A stretch of 64,000 nucleotides of DNA from Acidobacteriota bacterium (GTDB taxonomy: Bacteria > Acidobacteriota > UBA6911 > RPQK01 > JADFOI01), in NCBI GenBank assembly GCA_963663035.1, contig OY760074.1, positions 3,008,001-3,072,000 on the forward strand. The letters are read 5' to 3'. The notes under the pieces were generated by a model. That model worked only from the letters and a program-made list of their open reading frames with translations. It did not search any database and had not been told where the DNA came from. Positions 50,726-61,103 of this stretch are shown here, piece after piece; the stretch's first letter is position 1; each line of letters opens with the position of its first letter. The position numbers were made by a program, and so were the translations under genes.

Positions 50726-52526
50726 AGAACCGCACAGAGATGCCACCACGGACAGTCCTAGGATTGCGTACCAGAGAAAGATCTTCCATGTCTACGCGGA
50801 CCGTACCCAAGTCTTCATTGGTGAGGTTGCGGATGTCTACAAGAGCTTCGATTTCATAGGCTGACATGAAATCCAGTCCCAGAAAGGTCAACCAGTTGGT
50901 CGGGACAGGAACCACCTGACGGACGAAAAGATTGATTCCTTCGTTGCCCGTCTCGTAGGTGTCAGCGAAGGCATCCAGAGTCGTCAGGGGATTGCCATTT
51001 GAGAGGAACTTCACCAAGGCACTCAGGTGGGTCCGGGAAGATGGAATGTAAGCTTCCACTTCGGTGGCAACGGTATAGTAGCCTTGGCGTTCAATCAGTG
51101 GCTGCAAGGTAGTGTCATCAGCTAGAACCAGAGTCACACCATCCCGACTGAGCCCAGCTGCCCTTCCACGAATGTAGGAAACAGACGTCTTCACGCTGTT
51201 ACCCAAACGTCGACGGACCACAACTCGGTATCCCCGGTTGGTCGCCTCTTCATCGTCCAGATGGAAAATTTGCCGATCTGGCCGATCTGGATGAGACTCG
51301 AAGACAGCCAGAAACGCTGTTGTTCCACCGATGAGCTGATTCTCATAAGCTGCAAACTCGATCTCGGTATTTTCCATCAACTGCTGGGTGATGCTGCCTC
51401 GGTAATGACGTGGCACTCCAAAACTGAATCGATCACCCATCCGGGAGAAAGAAACAGCCTCCCGCAAGTTCATCACATCCCCGTTCGGTAGAACTAAACT
51501 CCCCGTGTAGGTTGGGCGTTTGGAGGCCATCTGAACTCGAACTTTCGACTTTTCGGTAGGGGAGTAGGAGACTTCCACATTGGGACTCAGGAAGGTCTGG
51601 CGGTGATTAGAATCCACCCTATTGAGCTCCAAACCCCAAATCAGGGAAAGAGTCTCGCCCAAATTCCATTCTTCCTGGACCCCCAGACTCAGAATCTTGG
51701 TGGTTTCCAGAGTTCGTGAGGAATCCAGTTCTTCACCCAGCTTTTCGGGCTGATCGAGAAGGGCCAAGCCAGGTTGCTCAAGACTCACCCGCCCGTAGCC
51801 AAAGAACACTCCAAGGTTGTGAGAGTCGCTGAGTGAATACTCGACAGCGTTTTTCATGCGCCACAAGGCGTCTTCTCCCGAATTGAGCTGGCCTGCCAAA
51901 ACATACTTCCTGTCGCCCCCCATCGATTGAGTAACGGCGAAGTTGCTGGTTGTCCCTCCTGCCGCATCACCGGGAGAGACCGGAGAATTCTTTCTTAGCC
52001 CTGCATTGCCATAGACTTTCAAGACCGCTTCTCCAGGGAAAGATCCCGAAGTCCGCTTAAGAGAGGCTTCGCTTGCCGCTTGGGGAAGGTTGCGGAAAAC
52101 TAATCTTTCATCGCCCGCGTTGCGAAGGAGTGTTTTTACACTGAGGTTCTCCTCCTGGGGAAAACCCAGCCCAAACAGCTGTTGAAGAACCAGGCTTGCT
52201 ACCGTGGTCTTACCCGGGGCGACCTCGATCACGTTCTTCCTCAGGTTCAGATATTTTGCGCTTTTTACCAGAACCTCGTAATTCCCAGGTGCGATGTTGT
52301 TAAAACGAATCTCACCGCTCCCATCGCTGCGGCCCAGAATGGGTAAGGCCTGCGATGAAGGCGTCCGGAGAAGCACAATCAGGATATTGGACAGTGGTCT
52401 TCCCGACTGGTCCTGGATCAGACCGCTGACGTGCCCGGAGGAGGAAGCAGCCAAATATTGAGTAGCGAAGCAGAGAAGAACCAGAGCCCAGAGGATAAAA
52501 GGAGAACGCTTAGATCCTACAATCAT
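50724..52526 (-). CDS. Outer-membrane protein: carboxypeptidase-regulatory-like N domain plus TonB-receptor-like beta barrel
   Basis: Signal peptide; SGLIQDQSGRPL..PGNYEV; DIRNLTN...PRTVRGGISVRF with terminal Phe; alternative start 52598. Confidence 0.65.
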   Translation of the reverse strand: MIVGSKRSPFILWALVLLCFATQYLAASSSGHVSGLIQDQSGRPLSNILIVLLRTPSSQALPILGRSDGSGEIRFNNIAPGNYEVLVKSAKYLNLRKNVIEVAPGKTTVASLVLQQLFGLGFPQEENLSVKTLLRNAGDERLVFRNLPQAASEASLKRTSGSFPGEAVLKVYGNAGLRKNSPVSPGDAAGGTTSNFAVTQSMGGDRKYVLAGQLNSGEDALWRMKNAVEYSLSDSHNLGVFFGYGRVSLEQPGLALLDQPEKLGEELDSSRTLETTKILSLGVQEEWNLGETLSLIWGLELNRVDSNHRQTFLSPNVEVSYSPTEKSKVRVQMASKRPTYTGSLVLPNGDVMNLREAVSFSRMGDRFSFGVPRHYRGSITQQLMENTEIEFAAYENQLIGGTTAFLAVFESHPDRPDRQIFHLDDEEATNRGYRVVVRRRLGNSVKTSVSYIRGRAAGLSRDGVTLVLADDTTLQPLIERQGYYTVATEVEAYIPSSRTHLSALVKFLSNGNPLTTLDAFADTYETGNEGINLFVRQVVPVPTNWLTFLGLDFMSAYEIEALVDIRNLTNEDLGTVRVDMEDLSLVRNPRTVRGGISVRF

Positions 52527-52732
52527 AACCAACCTTATAAGAGCCTGTTCCCGATAAGGGTCTATTCCCGACCCATGGAAAAAGCTATTTCCAGCCACTT
52601 TACTTGCTCAGGATGACTATCTTCAATGATCGAGATTCTATAGATAATGGAACCAATAATCAAGTGAGACCAGAATAAGATCAAGCTCGATTAAGGTAAT
52701 TATCACTTTAAGACCATTGTATACTGAACCCC

Positions 52733-54253
52733 ATGACGGTTCGCGTCCGATTTGCTCCGAGTCCAACGGGTCATCTTCACGTAGGAAATCTGCGCACTGC
52801 TCTGTATAACTGGCTTTTCGCCCGTCAGAATCAAGGCATTTTTGTCCTGCGGATTGAAGATACCGATCTGACCCGCTCCCACAGTCGCTTTGAAGAGGAG
52901 TTGATGGAAGACTTGAGGTGGTCTGGCCTGGACTGGGACGAAGGGGTGGACGTGGGAGGTGAGCACGGACCTTACCGACAGACCAATCGCTTGAACCTTT
53001 ACCAAGAGCACTGCAAGCAGCTTCTGAGTGAGGAGAAAGCCTACCACTGCTTTTGTTCCGTTGAAGCAATTGAGCAAGAGAGACAGGCCCAGCTGGCTAC
53101 AGGCCAGCCTCCCCGCTACTCCGGCAAATGTCGGGACATCCCTCCCCAGGAAGCGAGTCAGCGGGTCAGGGACGGCAAAGCAGCGGTGGTGCGCATGAAG
53201 AGCCGCCAGGGAATCGTGACCTTTCAAGATATCGTGTTTGGTTCCCTCGAGGTGGAGGGCAGCGAGATCGGGGACTTCGTGCTCCTGAGATCTGATGGAA
53301 CTGCTCCCTACAACTTTGCCTGTGTCGTGGATGATGTTTTAATGAAGATCACTCATGTGATCCGGGGGGAAGGTCACATTTCCAACACCTACCGACAAGT
53401 CTTGCTCTATGAGGCACTCGGGTTCCAGTTGCCTCATTTCGCCCATCTTTCCACCATCCTGGGAAGGGACGGGACAAAATTGAGCAAACGCCATGGAGCA
53501 ACCTCTATTGATGAATTTCGCCGACAAGGTTTTCTGCCCGGCGCACTTCTCAATTATCTGGCGCTTCTGGGATGGGCTCCTCCTCAAGAGGGGCGCGAGA
53601 TCTTAACACCGGAGCAGCTCAGTGCCGAATTTGATCTCTCTCGAGTCAACCGAAGCCCGGCAGCCTTCGATTGGGATAAATTAAACTGGGTCAATCGCAG
53701 TCACTTGAAAGAGCTGGGCCAACCGCTCCTGACGGAACTGGCCATTCCCTATTTGCAAGATTGCGGCTGGATCCCCCCTGAGCCCTCTGCTGAGATCAAA
53801 GAGTGGTTAGGGGATGTCATCCAGGCGGTTTTCAAATATTTAGACAAGGTGGAGGATGTGGTCCAGGAGACCGAGCTTATCTTCAGCTTTGATCCGGGAA
53901 AAGGTCTGTCGGATCCTGCCGTGCAAGAGGCACTCTCGGAGAATGGTGCCGTGGAGGTCATCCGCGAGTTCCACGATCGAGTTCAACGGCACCAGATCCT
54001 GGATTTGGAGACCTACAAGGGTGTGGTGTCTGAAGTGAAAGAGAGGACGGGCCAGAAGGGAAAGAATCTTTTTCACCCTATTCGGGTGGCATTGACCGCT
54101 CGAATCTCAGGACCTGAACTGAATCAGCTCATTCCCATTTTTGAAGAAGGCCAACACCTGGACCTGCCGGCCCCAATAACGCCCGTTAAGGGCCGGGTGC
54201 AGGCGGTTCTCGATCATCTCCATGATTATCTACGGAATCAACCCGGTAATTGA
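52733..54253 (+). CDS. gltX: Glutamate--tRNA ligase
   Basis: RFAPSPTG.LHVGN, LRIEDTD, KLSKR, C-terminal anticodon-binding domain. Confidence 0.93.
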   Translation: MTVRVRFAPSPTGHLHVGNLRTALYNWLFARQNQGIFVLRIEDTDLTRSHSRFEEELMEDLRWSGLDWDEGVDVGGEHGPYRQTNRLNLYQEHCKQLLSEEKAYHCFCSVEAIEQERQAQLATGQPPRYSGKCRDIPPQEASQRVRDGKAAVVRMKSRQGIVTFQDIVFGSLEVEGSEIGDFVLLRSDGTAPYNFACVVDDVLMKITHVIRGEGHISNTYRQVLLYEALGFQLPHFAHLSTILGRDGTKLSKRHGATSIDEFRRQGFLPGALLNYLALLGWAPPQEGREILTPEQLSAEFDLSRVNRSPAAFDWDKLNWVNRSHLKELGQPLLTELAIPYLQDCGWIPPEPSAEIKEWLGDVIQAVFKYLDKVEDVVQETELIFSFDPGKGLSDPAVQEALSENGAVEVIREFHDRVQRHQILDLETYKGVVSEVKERTGQKGKNLFHPIRVALTARISGPELNQLIPIFEEGQHLDLPAPITPVKGRVQAVLDHLHDYLRNQPGN

Positions 54254-54950
54254 GGCTTTCCAATCGGCGGCCGGCTCACCGGAGCGTATCTGGACTACGC
54301 GAGGAAAATCCAATCCGCGACTGCAAAAGATCATTCAGATGGCGCGCAGTCAGGGCGTCCCTGTTCACTTCGAATCCTCAGGAGTGATCGCCAAAAAGGC
54401 ATCAACCGATCATCATCAGGAAATCGTGGCCGAAATCTCAGCCATTCCTTACACAGATCTAGAAACCATCCTTGAAACCGAGCCGGCCTTGCTTTTACTG
54501 GTAGATGGCGTGGAGGATCCTCGCAATTTAGGGGCTCTGCTGCGTACCGCGGAAGCAGTTGGAGTTGGAGGGGTGTTCATTCCCAACCGCCGGAACTGTG
54601 CCATCACACCGGCCGTCTTCAGATCCAGTGCCGGGGCAGCACTACACTTGAGAATCTCACGCATCGGTAATGTCGTACAGACTTTGCAAACATTGAAGAA
54701 AAGAGGTTTTTGGGTGGTTGGTCTGGATATGCAGGGAGAAGCTTCTGTGAGCCAGATCGATGTGACCTTACCGATAGTCGTGGTGGTGGGAGGGGAACAT
54801 CAAGGGATACGAAAACTGGTTCGAGAGAACTGTGATTTTCTGCTTTCTCTACCCATGAAAGGAAAGATCTCCTCTTTGAATCTCTCGGTGGCTGCGGGAG
54901 TGCTCCTTTATGAGATTCTGCTCAGAAGGGGGGGGGACGCTGACCGCTAA
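54222..54950 (+). CDS. rlmB: 23S rRNA Gm2251 methyltransferase (SpoU family)
   Basis: IYGINPV, DPRNLGALLRTA, GGEHQG, SLNLSVA. Confidence 0.9.
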   Translation: MIIYGINPVIEAFQSAAGSPERIWTTRGKSNPRLQKIIQMARSQGVPVHFESSGVIAKKASTDHHQEIVAEISAIPYTDLETILETEPALLLLVDGVEDPRNLGALLRTAEAVGVGGVFIPNRRNCAITPAVFRSSAGAALHLRISRIGNVVQTLQTLKKRGFWVVGLDMQGEASVSQIDVTLPIVVVVGGEHQGIRKLVRENCDFLLSLPMKGKISSLNLSVAAGVLLYEILLRRGGDADR

Positions 54951-54966
54951 CCACTGACCGCTGACC
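54939..54966 (+). repeat. Heptamer array RCTRACC x4
   Basis: gctgacc gctaacc actgacc gctgacc across the overlapping rlmB/hydantoinase stops. Confidence 0.7.
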
Positions 54967-56962
54967 TCGGCTCCAGCACCAAGTTTCGCCATTCATCGAT
55001 TTTAACTGCGAAGTCGTCTGGAATGATGGTGGTGGAGCTGTACTCCAGAATAATTGCCGGCCCTAGGAGGCGATTACCGGGGCGAAGCCTTTTGCGAAGA
55101 TAAAAGGCGGCGGGAAGCCAGCGGCCATCGAAGAAAACTTTCTTTTCTTGAATCATGGCACCTTGAGAAGGCTCCTCTGATTCCAGTGGAAATTTGGCGA
55201 TTGGCACTTCGGGATATTTCCCAGACCCACGGACTCGGATGTTGACGATTTCCATCGGTAGGCCAGGATTTGAAAAGCCATAGAACTGCTGATGAAGCCG
55301 GTGAAAGCTCGCTTCAAAATCATCATCAAAGGGAAGGTTCAGCTCATAGGACTGTCCCACATAGCGGACATCCAAGGTCCTTTCCAATTCTAGGTTTTCA
55401 CCGGCAAAGCCTTCATCACTCAGTTGTTGGCGGATACGCTTCTCCAGAGGATGGAACCCTTCTCTGAGGTCTTGTAAAACGTTTGCACCCTGTGAGCGCA
55501 TCAGTAGCGTCAGAGAGGTATCGTGCACCACATTAGAGCGGAGGATTCCCAAGGCTGAGAGCATCCCCGGATTAGGAGGCACCACGACTCGGGGCATGAG
55601 CAGAGCCCGCGCCAGCTCACAGGCATGCAGGCCCCCTGCTCCTCCAAAGCTCACCAGAGTGAAATCTCGTGTGTCGTATCCCTTTTGCAGGGAAATCAGC
55701 TGGATAGCTCCCTCCATCTGGGTATTGACGATTTTCAAGATACCTTCAGCAATCTCAGCGGCTTCCCAGGATTTTTTGGTGGATCGGCCCAGCTTCACTC
55801 CTAACTCTTCCAGCGCCGGCCCGATCTTTTCAGGATGAAGTCTCATTCTTCCACCCAAAAAGTGATCAGGTTCCATACGCCCCAGAAAGAGATTGGCATC
55901 GGTGACCGTCAACTCCCGCCCTTTGCCATAGCACACGGGTCCGGGATCTGCACCGGCACTTTGGGGACCGACACGCAGCAAACCACCGGAATCGATCCTG
56001 GCCATGGAACCGCCTCCGGCCCCGACCGTGTGGATTCCAATCATCTGGACCGGAATCGGTTGATGGTCGATAACAGCCTCCCGGGTCGTTGGGATATGCT
56101 TCTCACACAGACACACATCGGTGGAAGTTCCGCCCATATCAAAGGTGATGATCTTGTCATAACCTGCTTCCTTCAGCAGTTCAAAGGCTCCAACAACACC
56201 GCCGGCAGGACCTGAGAGAAGAGTGCGAAGTGGTTTCACATCCTCGGAGGAAGCAGGGATTGATCCTCCATTGGACTGCATGATGGTCAGTTTTCCCTTC
56301 TGGATCAGAGCTTCGCTGCTCAATGCGGAAAGATAATTCGACATCGTCCCTGTCAGGTACGCGTTCATGACAGTTGCAGAAGTCCTTTCATACTCTCGGA
56401 ACTCGGGGAGAATCTGGTGGGACAGGGAGACGGGAATTTGAGCAGACTCTAGAGCCTCTGCGATTTGCCTCTCGCTCTTAGGATCGCGATAGCTGTACAA
56501 GAGAACGACTGCAATAGCTTCCGGAGCAAGTTGTTGTACTTTCTTGCGAAGCCAAGCCAAGTTCTTCCTCTCCAGAGCAATCAGTGATTGACCGTCCGGC
56601 AGGCGGCGCTCCTTTATGCCAAGACGAAAGTTGGCCTCAACGAGTGGTCTGGGCCGAGAAGAAGAGAGTTGATAGAGTCGAGGACGATTCTGGCGGCCAA
56701 TTTCCAGCAAGTCTTCAAATCCTTCATTGGTAATCAACAGGGTTTTAGCACCTTTTCTCTCCAAGAGAGTATTGGCCGCAATAGTCGACCCATGCTGGAT
56801 CAGATAGCCCTCTCGATTTTCTACGATTTGAGTCAGCCCCTCCAGCACCGCTTTAGCCGGATGCTCTGGAGTGGAGGGAAGTTTCAAGACCGTGATATCC
56901 CCGCCATCCAGGATCACGAAGTCGGTAAAAGTACCCCCTGTATCAACTCCAATTCGAAGCAT
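54947..56962 (-). CDS. Hydantoinase/oxoprolinase family, A (ATP-binding) subunit
   Basis: DTGGTFTD, REYERT, SGPAGG, DMGGTSTD, GAGGGS, FGGAG, RYVGQ. Confidence 0.92.
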   Translation of the reverse strand: MLRIGVDTGGTFTDFVILDGGDITVLKLPSTPEHPAKAVLEGLTQIVENREGYLIQHGSTIAANTLLERKGAKTLLITNEGFEDLLEIGRQNRPRLYQLSSSRPRPLVEANFRLGIKERRLPDGQSLIALERKNLAWLRKKVQQLAPEAIAVVLLYSYRDPKSERQIAEALESAQIPVSLSHQILPEFREYERTSATVMNAYLTGTMSNYLSALSSEALIQKGKLTIMQSNGGSIPASSEDVKPLRTLLSGPAGGVVGAFELLKEAGYDKIITFDMGGTSTDVCLCEKHIPTTREAVIDHQPIPVQMIGIHTVGAGGGSMARIDSGGLLRVGPQSAGADPGPVCYGKGRELTVTDANLFLGRMEPDHFLGGRMRLHPEKIGPALEELGVKLGRSTKKSWEAAEIAEGILKIVNTQMEGAIQLISLQKGYDTRDFTLVSFGGAGGLHACELARALLMPRVVVPPNPGMLSALGILRSNVVHDTSLTLLMRSQGANVLQDLREGFHPLEKRIRQQLSDEGFAGENLELERTLDVRYVGQSYELNLPFDDDFEASFHRLHQQFYGFSNPGLPMEIVNIRVRGSGKYPEVPIAKFPLESEEPSQGAMIQEKKVFFDGRWLPAAFYLRKRLRPGNRLLGPAIILEYSSTTIIPDDFAVKIDEWRNLVLEPRSAVSG

Positions 56963-57067
56963 TCTATTTGGTTCAGGCTGACGGCTGCTCCCTGATTAAT
57001 AATGAGAGGAAAAATGCTAAAATACACGACCAGACCTTTACTGGCAATGCTTGTCACAGCCCCTGGT

Positions 57068-57089
57068 GGTCAGCGGTCGGCCGGTTAGC
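57068..57089 (-). repeat. Short heptamer array inverted relative to 54939-54966
   Basis: ggtcagc ggtcggc c ggttagc. Confidence 0.5.
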
Positions 57090-57098
57090 TGAGAACGC

Positions 57099-59291
57099 AT
57101 GAAGCAAGAAGAACTTTTGCGAAAGATTTATTGGATCTCCGCAGTTCTCATCAGCGTTACTCTCACGTTTCTGGCCAGTGTTGTCTTCCTGAATCCCTCT
57201 TCGGTGGGAAACCCGCGCTTCCTGTGGAACATCAATTTGTGGGCGGTAGTCTGGGCCCTCACCTTTGTCATTGTCCTGGTCCTCTCTTTCATTCTGTCCC
57301 GTGACCTGATCAAGCTCTTTTTCGAATATCAGGCAAATCGTCCCGGCAGCCGCATTAAGACCAAACTCGTGATCACGTTGAGTGCCTTTTCTCTGTTTCC
57401 TGCTCTGATCATGGCATTTCTCGCTTTCGGGCTGATCAACCAAAACCTGCGGCAATGGTTCAGCTCCCCGGCTGAACAACTTTTGCAGTCTTCACAATCG
57501 ATTGCCCGCAGTTACTACGAACAGACCCGTCTTTTCCGCCTTGCCACCGCCCGGTTTCTGGCTCAAGAAGTGGCGACATCAAGGTCGGAGCCTACAGACC
57601 AGTTTGAGAATTTGCGTCGAGAATATCGTTTTGATGGGTTCGTCCTCTTCAATCGTCAACAGGGGAGGGTTTTCGCAGGGGGGGAGTGGCCCCAAGGCCA
57701 GCCCCTCGAATCCAGCATTCAACAGGTCTTGGGAGGAGAGGAGTATTACCGTCTGGAACGCCGGATCGATGAGGATTACGGAATTGTGGGCGTTCCAGTT
57801 CAAGGTGCCTCACAGACTGTCGAGGGCGCACTATTTGCTCATTTTATGATCCCACAGAGCGTAGCCTTTCACGCTATCCAGGTTGATGAGGCCTCCAACA
57901 TATACGAGGCAATCAAGGGAGGCGTCAGTCAGCTCCAGCTCAATTATTTTTCCATATTGGGTTTGACCACCCTGGCCGTGGTGTTTGGGTTCGTCTGGCT
58001 GGGAACTTATATTGCCAAAAAGATTACCGTTCCTTTGGAGGCTTTGGCAGAAGGTTCTCGTGAATTGGCAGAAGGCAATCTTGATCACCGTGTGGATGTT
58101 TCTGCGGTGGATGAGCTAGGAATCCTTGTCGATTCCTTTAATCGAATGGCTGAAGAAATCAAACAGAGCCGGCAGGAACTGGAAAAGGCAAACGCGGAAC
58201 TGAGAGCAACGAACGTACGTCTGAATGAACGTCGGCGCTACATTGAAACTATCCTCCAGAATATCGCTACCGGTGTCATCAGTATTGACGAGTCAGATAT
58301 CATTCGGACGTTCAACGAGGCAGCAGTCAAGATGTTGCAGGTGAATCGCGAGAATATCTTAAACCAGCCCCTCCAAGACGTGGCCGATCCTGACCTCTAT
58401 GAAGAACTCCGGACCATTAAGAAGCGTGCCAGTCTCTATGGCACCTATCGCAAGGAGGTGACCTTCAAGCGGGGCGACCGACAGCTGCACGTCGCAACGA
58501 CAATGACCTCCAATCCGGTTCCTTTTCAGGACGAGGGTGAATATCTCATCGTGCTGGATGATTTGACGGAGTTGATCCAGGCAGAGAAGTTCGCCGCCTG
58601 GCAGGAGGTGGCGCGGCGCTTGGCTCATGAGATTAAGAATCCCCTGACTCCCATTCAACTTTCGGCGGAACGAGTGGAAAAGCGCTTCGAAAAGGTTGCT
58701 GCAGCCTACCCTTCCTCCAGCGAGATCCGCCAGTTTAGGAAGGTTTTGGGAGATGCCATGCGAATCATCGTGGCAGAAGCCGAAAAATTGAAGGCACTGG
58801 TCGAGGAATTTTCACGATTCGCTCGGCTGCCTATCTGCAAGCGAACCGACATCGAACTGCATCAACTCATTGAACAGACACTGGCGCTTTACGATGGGGG
58901 CCTGGAAAAGGTGCAGATCAGAAAGGCCTTCGATCCTAGAATCGCGGAAATCAGCATCGACCCTGACCAGATGCAGCGTGCTTTCATTAATTTAATTGAC
59001 AACTCTTTAGATGCACTGGCGGAGTCTCCAGAAGATCGGTACATCTTGATCCTAACCCAGTTTAACGACGGCCGGGACTCAGTCACCATCGAATTCCAGG
59101 ACAACGGAATCGGCATCTCGCCGGAGGATTACGAGCAGCTTTTTCTGCCTTACTTCTCCACCAAGAAGAAGGGCACTGGTTTAGGATTAGTGATTGTTCG
59201 CCAAATTGTTTCAGAGCACAATGGGTTTGTTCGGGCAGAACCGAATCAGCCGCATGGGACACGACTGATTATGGAACTCCCCGTGAACTGA
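57099..59291 (+). CDS. ntrY: NtrY-like sensor kinase (HAMP, PAS, HisKA)
   Basis: PGSRIKTKLV, DELGILVDSFN, AWQEVARRLAHEIKNPLTPIQLSAER. Confidence 0.85.
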   Translation: MKQEELLRKIYWISAVLISVTLTFLASVVFLNPSSVGNPRFLWNINLWAVVWALTFVIVLVLSFILSRDLIKLFFEYQANRPGSRIKTKLVITLSAFSLFPALIMAFLAFGLINQNLRQWFSSPAEQLLQSSQSIARSYYEQTRLFRLATARFLAQEVATSRSEPTDQFENLRREYRFDGFVLFNRQQGRVFAGGEWPQGQPLESSIQQVLGGEEYYRLERRIDEDYGIVGVPVQGASQTVEGALFAHFMIPQSVAFHAIQVDEASNIYEAIKGGVSQLQLNYFSILGLTTLAVVFGFVWLGTYIAKKITVPLEALAEGSRELAEGNLDHRVDVSAVDELGILVDSFNRMAEEIKQSRQELEKANAELRATNVRLNERRRYIETILQNIATGVISIDESDIIRTFNEAAVKMLQVNRENILNQPLQDVADPDLYEELRTIKKRASLYGTYRKEVTFKRGDRQLHVATTMTSNPVPFQDEGEYLIVLDDLTELIQAEKFAAWQEVARRLAHEIKNPLTPIQLSAERVEKRFEKVAAAYPSSSEIRQFRKVLGDAMRIIVAEAEKLKALVEEFSRFARLPICKRTDIELHQLIEQTLALYDGGLEKVQIRKAFDPRIAEISIDPDQMQRAFINLIDNSLDALAESPEDRYILILTQFNDGRDSVTIEFQDNGIGISPEDYEQLFLPYFSTKKKGTGLGLVIVRQIVSEHNGFVRAEPNQPHGTRLIMELPVN

Positions 59292-59313
59292 CAGATCAGC
59301 CGTTGAATCTATA

Positions 59314-60678
59314 ATGAGCAAAGGAAAGCTTCTCGTTGTTGACGATGAAGAAAACCTGCGGATCTCCCTCCAGGGGATTCTGCGGGACGAGGGATATCAG
59401 GTCGACGTTGTTCCCTCCGGAGAATCCTGCCTGGAGCAACTCAATAAAAAGAAATACGACGTGATTTTGCTCGACATCTGGCTACCGGACAAAGACGGAC
59501 TCGAGGTGCTCAAGGAAATTAGAACGAGACGTCCCAGCCAATACGTGATCATGATTTCAGGGCACGGTACGATCGAAACCGCTGTACAGGCCACTAAGCT
59601 GGGAGCTTTCGACTTCATCGAGAAACCCCTTTCTTTAAAACAAATCATGCCCGTTCTGGAGCACGCCTTCAAGCAACAACGTTTAGAGGAGGAATACAGC
59701 ACCCTGCAGGATTTTATTCGTCGGGAAACAATGATGATCGGAAGTTCTGTCCCCATGAAGGCCCTGCGTCAACAGGTAGAGTATGCCGCGCCCACTGAAG
59801 GAAGAATTCTGATCTACGGAGAGAATGGGACCGGGAAAGAGCTGGTGGCCAGATTGCTTCACCTCAACAGTCCTCGTAAAAAACGTCCCTTTATTGAGGT
59901 CAATTGCGCTGCGATTCCCGACGATCTCATTGAGAGCGAACTGTTTGGGAGTGTCAAGGGAGCGTTCACAGGCTCCACTGAGAGCAGAAAAGGAAAATTT
60001 TTACTGGCCGACCACGGGACTCTGTTTCTGGACGAGGTCGGGGACATGAGTCTCAAGACTCAGGCCAAAGTACTGAGGGTACTGGAAGAACAGCGATTCT
60101 ACCCAGTCGGCAGCAATGAGGCTATTGAGGTGGATGTACGCGTGATCGCAGCTACCAATAAGAATCTCGAGCAAGAGATCGAGCAGGAAACCTTTCGGCA
60201 GGACCTGTTTTTCCGCCTCAATGTCATCCCTTTTGAGGTGCCCCCACTGCGAGAGAGAAAGGAAGACGTCCCCGAACTAGTGGCTTATTTCATGGAAACC
60301 TTCTGTCGGCGTTATGGAAAACCCGAGAAGAGAATCCAGGCCGACCCTATGAAAAAACTGAAATCCTACCACTGGCCGGGTAACGTCCGAGAGCTCAAAA
60401 ATACAGTAGAGCGTCTGGCCATTATGGTTCCCGGTGAGAAAGTCACCGTTTCCGATCTCCCCTCCTCCATTCTCAAACAAGCTCCAAGGACTGCCAAAGG
60501 GACCTCTCTGAAATGGCAAGAAGCTCGCGAGGAATTCGAACGCCAGTTTATCCTGGATCGGTTGGCGGAAAACAATGGAAACATCTCTCTAACAGCCGCC
60601 TCCATTGGAATGGAGAGAACTCACCTCCACCGCAAGCTGAAAGCCTACAAGATCAAAGTGAAAAAAGGGGGCCGCTGA
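59314..60678 (+). CDS. ntrX: NtrX-like sigma54-type response regulator
   Basis: LDIWL, ISGHGTIETAV, GENGTGKE, GAFTGS, ERTHLHRK. Confidence 0.85.
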   Translation: MSKGKLLVVDDEENLRISLQGILRDEGYQVDVVPSGESCLEQLNKKKYDVILLDIWLPDKDGLEVLKEIRTRRPSQYVIMISGHGTIETAVQATKLGAFDFIEKPLSLKQIMPVLEHAFKQQRLEEEYSTLQDFIRRETMMIGSSVPMKALRQQVEYAAPTEGRILIYGENGTGKELVARLLHLNSPRKKRPFIEVNCAAIPDDLIESELFGSVKGAFTGSTESRKGKFLLADHGTLFLDEVGDMSLKTQAKVLRVLEEQRFYPVGSNEAIEVDVRVIAATNKNLEQEIEQETFRQDLFFRLNVIPFEVPPLRERKEDVPELVAYFMETFCRRYGKPEKRIQADPMKKLKSYHWPGNVRELKNTVERLAIMVPGEKVTVSDLPSSILKQAPRTAKGTSLKWQEAREEFERQFILDRLAENNGNISLTAASIGMERTHLHRKLKAYKIKVKKGGR

Positions 60679-60706
60679 CTAACCACTGACCACTGACAAC
60701 TGACAA
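60672..60706 (+). repeat. Heptamer array (MACTGAC)n, left arm
   Basis: ccgctga ctaac cactgac cactgac aactgac aa. Confidence 0.8.
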
Positions 60707-60711
60707 GAGCG

Positions 60712-61060
60712 CTAGACGCGGTTGAGGGTGCGAAAAATCATCTTACCTAACTCCTCGTACATCCATGAGCTCCTTGAAAAGAGGTTCGTCCAGTAAGTCA
60801 ATTTCTCTGGCCAATTCCACCCAGTATTTGGTTTCGTCACAGCTTCCCTGGCTGTATGTGAGGAAGCGCCGGTAATCACCCGGAAAATACTTCTGTCGAA
60901 CGTAACTTTCGACGTAATTTGCTACGATCGAGCGACTCGACCTACGAATTTGCTGAGACAGGGAGTATTGCTCGTGTCTGGGAAACTTCTTGCACACCGC
61001 CTCCACAAGCAAGGCCTGCTTAAGGCCTAATCGATAGATCTTAGATTTCTTATAGGTCAT
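60712..61060 (-). pseudogene. Four-helix-bundle (23S IVS-protein-like) gene with a frameshift near 60760
   Basis: FPRHEQYSLSQQIRRSSRSIVAN..E, FL.YSQGS.DET.YW; annotated frame ends at 60743, while the shifted frame gives the family-like tail YEELGKMIFRTLNRV* ending at 60712. Confidence 0.75.
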
Positions 61061-61103
61061 ACTTAGCTATAACGTTCAAACCCAAAAAACTACGAGAACG
61101 GTA

